Of a DNA stretch of 64,000 bases, positions 1-9,081 are shown in pieces. This stretch comes from Candidatus Gottesmanbacteria bacterium (GTDB lineage: Bacteria; Patescibacteriota; Microgenomatia; UBA10105; UBA927). Positions within the stretch are counted from its first letter, which is position 1; each line of letters begins with the position of its first letter. Location: contig CAWEKC010000005.1 in NCBI GenBank assembly GCA_963809665.1, positions 11,878 to 75,877 on the forward strand. Direction: 5' to 3'. The notes under the pieces are model-generated. The model worked only from the letters and a program-made list of their open reading frames with translations. It ran no database searches and had not been told where the DNA came from. The translations under genes were made by a program, and so were the position numbers.

Positions 1-517
1 CCAGCCGTAAGAAACAATACATAAATATGACCAACATGCTCATGAGCGGTATATCTTTGGCATCAGCACGCATTTGACCGATAATAGTCGGATAAAAAGC
101 AAAAAGGAGCGTGGTGGCTGCCGCAATAGGTACTACAAGACCTACTTCAATGGCCACACCGTAAAAAGCCGCGACTCCGAAACTTGCCAATAATACTTCG
201 CCCATATGGTGCGCATCAATAACCGGCAACAAATGCAGATGTTCGGCAAATATCCACGAAAACCCCGATGCTACGACAAACGGAAACGGCGGGTACACAT
301 CTTCGCCGAAGAGGTAAAAAAACGGGCTGTCGGTAAACAACGTTTTGCTTTTGAAATCATTAAGATATGCACGGTTTCCGGTAAGCCAAAATTTGATATT
401 CGCCCGTCCGAAGAAAAAACTCGACGGCTCATCCCACGTAAGCCCCGCGCCGTGGATCAGCATAAGCTGGACGCCGAATACAATGATTGCCAAAAATATT
501 CCTATATACTTCTTCAT
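1..517 (-). CDS. GT-C fold (ArnT/PMT-like) membrane glycosyltransferase, partial (runs off the window)
   Basis: Not in the ORF track. Manual translation from ATG 517: MKKYIGIFLAIIVFGVQLMLIHGAGLTWDEPSSFFFG..., a TM helix followed by a TWDE acidic loop. ATGA overlap with the upstream gene. Confidence 0.7.
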   Translation of the reverse strand, partial: MKKYIGIFLAIIVFGVQLMLIHGAGLTWDEPSSFFFGRANIKFWLTGNRAYLNDFKSKTLFTDSPFFYLFGEDVYPPFPFVVASGFSWIFAEHLHLLPVIDAHHMGEVLLASFGVAAFYGVAIEVGLVVPIAAATTLLFAFYPTIIGQMRADAKDIPLMSMLVIFMYCFLRL

Positions 518-2103
518 TGATTCCTCTTCCACAATCTACTGCCCCATCCCGGAACCGGAGTAAAATGCGATTTAATATACGCAACGTTTTCCGGCAAAAG
601 ATGTACAAGTCTCTCTGTACCTCCGTCATACAGATAATCGGCAGGGTGAGCGGATAAATACGTTGCTAAAGAGGGCGGCCCGTGAGAAATATTTGGCACA
701 AAATCATCAAGCGACACACAGCACATTGGATATCCGTCTGACCAAAATACCATTTTACCTTCCAGATCAACGACGCGGGCTGACAATGGCACGGTAACCA
801 CTAATCGGTCGAATTCTGCGCGCTGATCGGCATTTGTTGACAAAATCTTCGGAGCATTAACAGACTGGGTTACCGTGACAAGGACATATCCCAATCCAAC
901 CAACGCAATTGCAAGAGATTGATATCCGCCGACATGGGCAAGCCGGTCAAAAAAAAGAGATATACCATCAGCTGCATAATACGCCACAAATACAGCAGTC
1001 GGAATGAGATACTGGCTATACCTAACCGGAGAAAACTTTAGATATACAATACTAAGCAGTATAAACGTCAGTGCCAAAAGCAGTTCAATTTGCATTTTTT
1101 CCCTATTTCCCTGAGCCTTTACATACGGTGTAACCACGCGATATGCAGCAACGACAAATGCAAGTATCCATATCGCATGATTCACAAGTAACCCTGCTGA
1201 AATTGTACGACCGTCACCGCCGTAGAAGAAAGCGTTCGGGTAGAAAAATAAAAATGGCGCCAGATATTGCCCCCCCTGATAATACTTAGAGATTTCAAAC
1301 GGCATATTCACCACCGAGTACCATGTTACCTGCAGAGTCCCGGTTAGCACAGCCCAACCGAAAAATCCACATAGTACAATCAATATTCCTCCGCTCACGG
1401 CTTCCAGACCCGCCCAGGCAATCTTTTTTCGTTGCAGGCTGAACGACTGAATACTCACCATTGCCGCAACTGCCCACCCGACAAAAACAAGTGGCGCCAG
1501 TTTAATAAGAAATACCAACGATATTCCATACAATACTCCGCTCGTGAACCATACACGCATCGCGTGTATCTTTCTAATAGCGATCACTTCAGTAAGCAAG
1601 CCTGCGCATGCAAAAAGCATGGCTAGTATATCCGGCCTAACTTCCAAAAACTTGTCATACGGCATGGGCAGGAATGCAAGAATAATGACAGGAAGCAGGG
1701 CCCAACGCCACGACCGCGTATACCCAAAGAGAAACCAGAGAACACCGAGAAGTGCGAGAAATATGCCGAATGATAGCTCCCGCGCCGCGATAAATATCTG
1801 AAATGAAATGCCGTAAACCCAAATCAGCGGTGCTAATACCCACATAAATCCGGGTGAAAAGTACGTAATAAAATCAATGTATGGACGCTCCCCACGGGCA
1901 ACCTGTGCGGCCAAATGCAGGTGCAAAAATTCATCAATGTCGAAATACCTCATCTGGCCTACCTGCCAACGCCAAAATACAAGATATGCAAGAATTCCGG
2001 CAAGAAACAAGATAATAATAGTCTTCCATACATGTTTTTTTCCACCAAGATACGGCAGAAGAAAATTTTTTTGTTTTTGAACATACCACGACATGATACT
2101 CAT
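514..2103 (-). CDS. GT-C fold membrane glycosyltransferase (ArnT/PMT-like), paralog 2
   Basis: 529 aa polytopic membrane protein with FDIDEF after TM1, EVRPD and RYSQYLIP motifs. Confidence 0.75.
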   Translation of the reverse strand: MSIMSWYVQKQKNFLLPYLGGKKHVWKTIIILFLAGILAYLVFWRWQVGQMRYFDIDEFLHLHLAAQVARGERPYIDFITYFSPGFMWVLAPLIWVYGISFQIFIAARELSFGIFLALLGVLWFLFGYTRSWRWALLPVIILAFLPMPYDKFLEVRPDILAMLFACAGLLTEVIAIRKIHAMRVWFTSGVLYGISLVFLIKLAPLVFVGWAVAAMVSIQSFSLQRKKIAWAGLEAVSGGILIVLCGFFGWAVLTGTLQVTWYSVVNMPFEISKYYQGGQYLAPFLFFYPNAFFYGGDGRTISAGLLVNHAIWILAFVVAAYRVVTPYVKAQGNREKMQIELLLALTFILLSIVYLKFSPVRYSQYLIPTAVFVAYYAADGISLFFDRLAHVGGYQSLAIALVGLGYVLVTVTQSVNAPKILSTNADQRAEFDRLVVTVPLSARVVDLEGKMVFWSDGYPMCCVSLDDFVPNISHGPPSLATYLSAHPADYLYDGGTERLVHLLPENVAYIKSHFTPVPGWGSRLWKRNQ

Positions 2104-3584
2104 AGTCTTTTTAATAATCTCCCCCCAAATCCCGGAACCGGCGTATAATGTGTGCTGATATACCTGCTGTCTTGGGCTGTGAATGCGGCAAGTCTATTGC
2201 TGTCTCCGTCATAAATATAATCTGCAGGGTGTTTGTCAATGTACTGTGCGAGCGGCAACGGCGGACGGCTCACAAAGGATAAAAATGAACCAAAATCAAA
2301 ACTGGAAATTGGGTATCCATCCCGCCAAAATACCATCCTCCCCTCAAGGTCCACAACGCGCGCGCTCAAGGGAACAGTCCGTAGAAGCGTGGTTAACTCC
2401 GCCATCTGCGATCTGTTCGTGTCCAGTAATTTCGGTCCATTCACGTCTTTATTCACCACGATCAATAGATACGCAAAACCGAGGAGTACGAGCACCAGCG
2501 ATAGATATCCGCCGGCACGCTCAAGCCAGTCAAAAAAACCACTAAATACATCCGCCGCATAGTATGCGACGAATACGGCAATCGGGATGAGGTACTGCGT
2601 ATGCTTCCAGGGAAAAAATTTTACATACGCCGCAGCACTCACAAAAAATACGCCTGCCACAAGAAGTTCAACAAACGTCTCGTTTTTTTTACCTGCCCTT
2701 ATTGGTGTCACCAGCCGATACGCGCCGCCAATTAATCCCACGATCCACATTGTGTGGTTGACAATAAGCCCAAGTGTTATCGTACGTCCGGTTCCCCCAT
2801 AAAAAAATGCGTTCGGGAAAAAAAACAGATCGGCTCCCATATAGTAATTAACTGTGCTTTTATATACTTCAAACGGCAGCTTCGTAAGCGAATACCATAC
2901 AACACTAAAGTGACCTTGAGCTGCCGCACCGAGGAAAAATAGTACCCACGGACCCGTAAGTCCAAGAAAAAACATAAGTATCTTAGGTAACCTAGGTAAC
3001 TTAGAATAAAAAGCCGATAAAACAGCAATTCCTGCCCCCACTGCTACAATCGGTACTGTTTTGGCAAGTACAAACAATGACGCGCTGTATACGAGTCCCG
3101 ACACGAACCATATCCAGTTTTTCTTTTCCCGAATCGCTATAATCTCCCCTACCACACCTAGTATTGCCAACAATGTCGCCAGATTATCAGGCCGAATCTC
3201 TAAAAATTTATCATACGGCATCGGCAAAAAAGCTAATAAAACAACCGGAAGTACTGCCCACTTCCAGCCTCGTGTTATGCCAAATAAATAACCTAAACTC
3301 GCTAATATCCCTAAAAATATGACAAAGGAAACAGTACGGGCCGCCGTAAAGACCTGAACGCTCACCCCATAAATCCAAAATATCGGTGCAAATACCCACA
3401 TAAATCCGGGCGTAAAGTACGAGAAAAAATCCGTGTACATATGCTCTCCCCGTGCCACCTGTGCCGTCCAATGCATATAGGAAAATTCATCAACATCAAA
3501 AAATCGCATGGCGCTGACACGAAACCGCCACACGAGAAGAAACAGGAGAAGTATGATAAGAATGATGTACGATACCTTCCTCAT
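2100..3584 (-). CDS. GT-C fold membrane glycosyltransferase, paralog 1
   Basis: FDVDEF, EIRPD and QYLIP motifs; collinear with the neighbouring paralog. Start set at ATG 3584, 7 nt after TACAAT (track starts at 3650). Confidence 0.75.
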   Translation of the reverse strand: MRKVSYIILIILLLFLLVWRFRVSAMRFFDVDEFSYMHWTAQVARGEHMYTDFFSYFTPGFMWVFAPIFWIYGVSVQVFTAARTVSFVIFLGILASLGYLFGITRGWKWAVLPVVLLAFLPMPYDKFLEIRPDNLATLLAILGVVGEIIAIREKKNWIWFVSGLVYSASLFVLAKTVPIVAVGAGIAVLSAFYSKLPRLPKILMFFLGLTGPWVLFFLGAAAQGHFSVVWYSLTKLPFEVYKSTVNYYMGADLFFFPNAFFYGGTGRTITLGLIVNHTMWIVGLIGGAYRLVTPIRAGKKNETFVELLVAGVFFVSAAAYVKFFPWKHTQYLIPIAVFVAYYAADVFSGFFDWLERAGGYLSLVLVLLGFAYLLIVVNKDVNGPKLLDTNRSQMAELTTLLRTVPLSARVVDLEGRMVFWRDGYPISSFDFGSFLSFVSRPPLPLAQYIDKHPADYIYDGDSNRLAAFTAQDSRYISTHYTPVPGFGGRLLKRL

Positions 3585-3618
3585 GAGATTCATTGTACTA
3601 TAGAGGTAATCATACGGT

Positions 3619-4532
3619 CTATTTCTTTTTTCTTTCACCACCTCGCTCAAAGAAAAAGCGGACGTAACCGTCTAAACATGTAATAATGGCATGGTCCATA
3701 TCTTCAAATATTATCCTGCCGGCGGTGTCATGAAAGGATCTTTTCTCCCTACTGTGAGTTCATCACATGAAATAATTTCTTTCCTGTGAAATACCGGAAG
3801 TTGATATGGTTTAAAGATCAATGATCGCACATAATTGACTACTGAGCGCGTAGGGAGACGAAATTCGGTGATGTTCCGATTCCGAAAATCAACGGAGGAC
3901 CGTGAATAATAACTCGCTCCTTTCTTTGTTTGCCGATGCGCGCGTATCCTTCTGCCGGAAAGAAGCCTACGGATGTTTTTTTTAAATAATTCGAAGCCAT
4001 AGGACTGATAGAGCTGATAGATATCCCGGCTCGTCATAAATGACGTGATCTTAAACTGTATTTGGTCAATAATCGGCCCGGCATCAATCCGGGGAGAAAT
4101 CACATGGAGGGTCACACCTGTTTTCGCTTCTCCATTACGAAGAGGCCAAACACTCGTTAAACAACCGCGGTAGCTTGGGAGTGCAGAAAAGTGAATATTG
4201 TATGCTCGCCACGTTCCAACTTCATGAGTCCGTATGATCCTATCATATTCTAGTGAAAGAATGATACCATGTGGCGTCGTACGTCCCTCTTTTAAATTTC
4301 CAATAATACGTATACCAAGCTTTTGTGCGCACTTCACAAGCGATGGTTGCCATGTATCCATACCCGTATCTTCCTTATTGGGCAACACAGACATCTCTAT
4401 CGGACCGGAAACTTTTTGCAGATCCCGCAGATATTGCAATGCCGAACATGCGATGGAATTTTTACCGCAAAGGATTATGTTGGACATCTTTTTGCTCGTA
4501 ATTGCCGGTAGTGTCTTTCTCAAGATGGCCAT
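3619..4532 (-). CDS. Sugar N-formyltransferase (Fmt-like fold), apparent frameshift near 3741-3744
   Basis: YNIHFSALPSYRG and GVTLHVISPRIDAGPII motifs. An alternative frame after the A4 run continues RSFHDTAGRIIFEDMDHAIITCLDGYVRFFF to a stop at 3619, resembling the Fmt C-terminal domain. Confidence 0.8.
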
Positions 4533-4582
4533 ATCATAGCGTCATGGAGCAAACCTTACAACTATGTTACAATTGCCGCGAA

Positions 4583-4990
4583 ATGACTTCGCCAAAAAAA
4601 ATAGTTTTCAACAAACACGGAGCTCCTGTCATCGGGTATTTGACTGCGCCGACCGTGCGGGAAATTCCCTTCCATATCCGGCGCGTATTCTGGACATATT
4701 TTACGCCGGAACGCATTACCCGCGGACGGCATGCCCATAAAAAAACGTCCATTGTACTCGTTGCCGCCACCGGAAAAATAATCGTTACAACCGAAACACT
4801 TGACGGCAGGAAAAAAACATTTGTACTCGATAAACCCAATGTGGGCCTCCTTATACCGCCGATGGTCTGGCACATTCAGCGCTATTCCCATACCGCGATC
4901 CAACTAGCTCTTGCCTCCCGTCCGTTTGAGGAGATGGAGTATATTCGTAATTACCAAACGTTTAAAGCGTATAAAAAAAACAAAAAGTAG
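4583..4990 (+). CDS. fdtA: FdtA/QdtA-family cupin (dTDP-4-keto-6-deoxyhexose 3,4-ketoisomerase)
   Basis: IPFHIRRVFW, RGRHAHK, GLLIPPMVWH and EYIRNYQTF motifs. Confidence 0.85.
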   Translation: MTSPKKIVFNKHGAPVIGYLTAPTVREIPFHIRRVFWTYFTPERITRGRHAHKKTSIVLVAATGKIIVTTETLDGRKKTFVLDKPNVGLLIPPMVWHIQRYSHTAIQLALASRPFEEMEYIRNYQTFKAYKKNKK

Positions 4991-4997
4991 CACCACA

Positions 4998-5679
4998 ATG
5001 GAATCATTGACTTTTATTATCCCCGCCTACAATGACGAAACGACGATAGAAACGGTCATCGATAAAACCGCTGACGTTGGTAAAAAACTTCGGATTCCTT
5101 TTGATATTTTAGTTATTAATGATGCAAGCAGAGATTCTACAGGACACATTCTTAAAAAACTTGAGAGACGTTACGCACATCTGCGTGTCATTACCCATAC
5201 TAAAAATGCTGGCTACGGTCAAACAATCAAAGAATTGTATCAGAAAGCAACTCACACATGGCTCTTTTCGTTGCCGGGTGACTATCAAATTGACCCCCGC
5301 GAGTTTCTAAAGATTTGGCAGCGTCGCGGTGAAGCAGATATGATCATTGGATGGCGCCGTATACGGGCTGACAGCCCAGCAAGACTTTATCAATCACATA
5401 TATATAATAAACTTTTATCTTTCATATTTAGTCTTCCTATACACGACGTAAATTCCGTGCGACTCATGAAAACGTCGATTATAACTACCGTTCAATTGTC
5501 ATCATTATCTGCGTTTGTTGATGCGGAACTTGCTATTCAAGCCCGTAAAGCACGGATTTCACGTAACCGAGGTGCCCATTGCACACCGTGCACGCGCAGG
5601 AACGGGAGCCAGCGGCGGGAAACTCACAACTATATTACCAACCATAAAAGATATGATCGTGTTCTTTTTTCGGTTATGA
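4998..5679 (+). CDS. GT2 polyprenol-phosphate glycosyltransferase (DPM/ArnC-like), apparent +1 frameshift near 5553
   Basis: IIPAYND, INDASRDST, NAGYG, LPGDYQ motifs. Removing one base near 5553 restores KAGFHVTEVPIAHRAR... ending at TGA 5679. Confidence 0.8.
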
Positions 5680-6752
5680 TTCCGATTTTTGATCTCACCC
5701 GTGAGTATAAAACCATCGCAGCAGAGCTGACTCTTTCGTTTACCCGCACGGCAAAAAGGGGTATGTTTATCCTCGGCCAAAACGTATCGGTCTTTGAAAA
5801 GGAATTTGCTGACTTTACCGGGGTTACATACGCCGTTGGCGTGGCAAGCGGTACCGATGCCCTTACGCTCGGACTCAGGGCGCTTGGTATTCAACATGGC
5901 GATGAAGTCATCCTACCTGCAAACGCCTACCCAACGGCATTCGGTGTCGCTCTTAGCGGCGCGCGCATACGTCTTGTTGACGTTAAAGGCGACGGCACGA
6001 TGGATCCGGTGCGTCTTGCTGATACCGTTTCCAACCGTACCCGCGTCGTTATCCCCGTCCACTTGTACGGCAACCCCGCCGATGTCGTTTCCCTGATAAA
6101 AATAGTCAAAAATAAAAAAATTGCTTTGGTTGAAGATGCCGCGCAGGCTCATGGAACTGATTCGGCGGGGTCGCTGGGCGATATTGGCTGTTTCAGCTTT
6201 TACCCGACGAAAAACCTCGGGGCACTCGGTGATGCCGGCATAGTGGTGACAAATAAAAAATACATTGCCGACCGCATCACGCGACTTCGCATGTACGGGG
6301 AAACCAAGCGGTATGAGAGTATTGAGGTCTCCGGCGTCAGCCGGCTGGACGAACTACAGGCGGCTTTTCTTCGTGTTAAACTACACCACTTAAATGCTTG
6401 GGTTACCCGCCGACGTGATATCGCAAAACAATACATTGAAGAATTACGCGGCACCGGTGATATTCAATTTGTCACAAATAATACCCGGGGTGCCTATCAT
6501 GTGTTTGTCATCCGCACAAAACACCGGAACGCCCTCCGACAGTATCTCGCTGTCCGCGGTATCGGAACTGCAATTCACTACCCCGCGCCTATTCATCTCG
6601 TTCGTGCATTCCGGGATCTGGGATACAAAAGCGGTGATTTTCCTGTATCCGAGTCGCTCTCGCGGGAAATCCTCTCCATCCCGATGTTTCCGAGGCTTAC
6701 TGACGGCGAAATTCTCCGGGTGGTCCGAACTGTCAAAAAATATTTTCAATAG
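5676..6752 (+). CDS. DegT/DnrJ/EryC1/StrS PLP-dependent sugar aminotransferase (FdtB-like)
   Basis: MIPIFDL start overlapping the GT2 stop (ATGA); SGTDAL, VHLYG, EDAAQAHG, FSFYPTKNLGALGDAG motifs. Confidence 0.92.
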   Translation: MIPIFDLTREYKTIAAELTLSFTRTAKRGMFILGQNVSVFEKEFADFTGVTYAVGVASGTDALTLGLRALGIQHGDEVILPANAYPTAFGVALSGARIRLVDVKGDGTMDPVRLADTVSNRTRVVIPVHLYGNPADVVSLIKIVKNKKIALVEDAAQAHGTDSAGSLGDIGCFSFYPTKNLGALGDAGIVVTNKKYIADRITRLRMYGETKRYESIEVSGVSRLDELQAAFLRVKLHHLNAWVTRRRDIAKQYIEELRGTGDIQFVTNNTRGAYHVFVIRTKHRNALRQYLAVRGIGTAIHYPAPIHLVRAFRDLGYKSGDFPVSESLSREILSIPMFPRLTDGEILRVVRTVKKYFQ

Positions 6753-8414
6753 CTACCAGTGATACACGCGAAAAAGGCCGAGGTTGTAGATCTCTGTAAG
6801 AAACGGGTATGTCGTTGACAAATTCCCCAGTCCGCCGTCCGCCATTTCCTGCGGACCGAAAAATATATAGTGAAGATTATTGGCACCCAAAAACTCCTTC
6901 GCCTGCATTGGGCTCATGGTACCGGCGAAAAAATCCTTTACTACCATCTCTTTTTTCTCCGTATTGACCGTATTGGCGTGCCCCACATACACCGTGTTGC
7001 CGGAGATTACCGGCAGATAATTACCTGCCGTGGTTTCTGAAAGGATCACCGTATCGCGGCTCGTGTGGTCCTGGATAAATATCATCGTGGTAATATAATC
7101 TTTTAAAGGATACATCACATAACTTCCGGTCGGCACCAGTGGTTGGGTTGCGCTGATTTTCTGATCCAAAAATTCCTTTTGCCACCGCCACGAGGAATAC
7201 ATTTGTCCCAGACCCATGGTTACCAAAAGGACCGGGACAACGATAAACAGGTACCGGTACGGCTTAATACATACCCGATACAGCGAATAAAAAAGGTAAC
7301 ACGCAAGGAATCCCAATGGTACCTGCGGCATCATTTCCGTAAACCTCAGGGGCGATTCCTGCGGGATAAATTGAAATGCGATAATACATACAAACCATGC
7401 GATAGCCCAGGCAACGAAAATAAATAACCTGCGTTCACGCTTAATAAGCACCAATACCCCTCCGATTGCACCCAATAGAAGTATCGGTCCTACAGCCAAA
7501 AGATACTCCCTCAGGATAAACGGCGGCGGATGCAGTATGGAATAATCAATGAGCCGTTTCCACGGATATACTTTTACGATAAGGGAAAAATATAAAAGCG
7601 TCGGGGTGCTGATCGCGCCGGCAACCGCGGGTCCCGCAACGCGTTCAATTATCCATGACCGGATCTCGCGTCGCGCCAGCGGCAATCTGTACAAAAAATC
7701 AATGATGACAAATACCCCCCACGCGGCGAACACGAACCCGAGACCAGCAGGAAATACGATGCCCAGCATAAACGCCAAAAACCCAAGCATCACCCAATTC
7801 CCCGCTTTTCTCATGACTTCGCGCTGGGCCATCGCAATCAGAAGAAATACAATTATTGCTTGGCCTGCCAGCATATGCGGGACAAACGTAATCCGCTGTA
7901 ACGAATCCATGATGCTCCACCACGGCATGTACCCGCCGAACCGCCACTCATTCTGATGAAAGACAAGCATCGGCCAGGATGCGGCGGTAACGGCAAGTAA
8001 AAATGCCAATAGTTGCCATCTATAGCGGAATATTTCAAACGCCCATTTGGCGGCATACGCTATAAGAAATAAGAGTGCAGCAGCAAGAACTATCCGTGCC
8101 GCGTGATAGGTATCTCCGCTATTGGACCATGGCACGTCATACCATGCGGACACTTTTCCCATCAGGAGGTACAGTATCTGGACATAGGACCCCTTGTGAG
8201 GTTCGGACGTGTACTTTTCCGTTACCGAAATAGCCCCTTCCCTCCCCTCGCGTATCCGGGAAAGGTAAAAATTATAATCCGTGTAAAAATTATGGACGAG
8301 TTCAAACTGCCGGTTAGGGTGCAGATCACCTTGACGGGACAACTCGTAAAACATCGGCACGAGAGAAAACAGCAAGAAGAAAAAAACTAATAGTCCCCAA
8401 TATAATCGCCGCAT
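6753..8414 (-). CDS. Polytopic membrane protein, probable GT-C glycosyltransferase
   Basis: 553 aa with many TM segments, TDYNFYL loop after TM1, and a soluble C-terminal tail (GNTVYVGH...YIFFG) typical of GT-C periplasmic domains. Confidence 0.55.
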   Translation of the reverse strand: MRRLYWGLLVFFFLLFSLVPMFYELSRQGDLHPNRQFELVHNFYTDYNFYLSRIREGREGAISVTEKYTSEPHKGSYVQILYLLMGKVSAWYDVPWSNSGDTYHAARIVLAAALLFLIAYAAKWAFEIFRYRWQLLAFLLAVTAASWPMLVFHQNEWRFGGYMPWWSIMDSLQRITFVPHMLAGQAIIVFLLIAMAQREVMRKAGNWVMLGFLAFMLGIVFPAGLGFVFAAWGVFVIIDFLYRLPLARREIRSWIIERVAGPAVAGAISTPTLLYFSLIVKVYPWKRLIDYSILHPPPFILREYLLAVGPILLLGAIGGVLVLIKRERRLFIFVAWAIAWFVCIIAFQFIPQESPLRFTEMMPQVPLGFLACYLFYSLYRVCIKPYRYLFIVVPVLLVTMGLGQMYSSWRWQKEFLDQKISATQPLVPTGSYVMYPLKDYITTMIFIQDHTSRDTVILSETTAGNYLPVISGNTVYVGHANTVNTEKKEMVVKDFFAGTMSPMQAKEFLGANNLHYIFFGPQEMADGGLGNLSTTYPFLTEIYNLGLFRVYHW

Positions 8415-8466
8415 ATGTCACCTATTCTACAAGTTTTTATGATACTATGTGTGTGTGGAAAATGAT

Positions 8467-9081
8467 ATGTCTTCTTATAAAAAAGCTGCCGCAGTAGCTG
8501 TTGTGATTACCGTTATCGGCATTGTGTTGGTCATAATAAATTACCGTCAGATATCAGGGAGACAGGGTACTATCGTTATTCCGGCCGGGAATACGTACCT
8601 CGGGCCTACTCCCACACAGGCGCCCGGTACTGCAGCGTGGCAAACGGTAAAAGGACACATCTATCCCTATACCCTGAGTGTTCCGGGGACGATTACGCTT
8701 ACAACATTCCCCAACGACCCATACGACATGTACGCCCTCGGGGGCAACGACCCTTCTTCAAATGTCCTCATTGGCGTTGATGATCTTTCAAAAAATGCCG
8801 ATCGCAATGCGTATATCAATCAACCAAAAACCGTCTATATCAACCAATGGTGGAAACAATTCAGTGTGCTTACCGGCGTTAAACGTATCGACCCGTTTAC
8901 AAACAGCAAAGGGCTTAAGGGATATAAAGTAAAATTTCTTGCTACCGGCGGCGAGAGCCCGAGTCTGGATATTTTTTTTGAAGTCGCGGCAGCACCCCAA
9001 TATGTCATCCATTTAAGTAACGGTCAGTTGGACGCGGCCGTATTTGACAGGATTGTTGACAGTGTCGGGTGGGAGCAATAA
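8467..9081 (+). CDS. Membrane-anchored exported protein (PsbP-like fold, tentative)
   Basis: N-terminal TM, PT linker, W.T......Y..S.P start motif and FDRIVDSV end motif. Confidence 0.5.
   Translation: MSSYKKAAAVAVVITVIGIVLVIINYRQISGRQGTIVIPAGNTYLGPTPTQAPGTAAWQTVKGHIYPYTLSVPGTITLTTFPNDPYDMYALGGNDPSSNVLIGVDDLSKNADRNAYINQPKTVYINQWWKQFSVLTGVKRIDPFTNSKGLKGYKVKFLATGGESPSLDIFFEVAAAPQYVIHLSNGQLDAAVFDRIVDSVGWEQ

Noticed and set aside
4911-6752. Apparent novel GT2-DegT fusion protein (613 aa in the ORF track)
   Set aside because: One extra base near 5553 creates it. The shifted frame gives a normal GT2 C-terminus that stops at an ATGA overlap with the DegT start.
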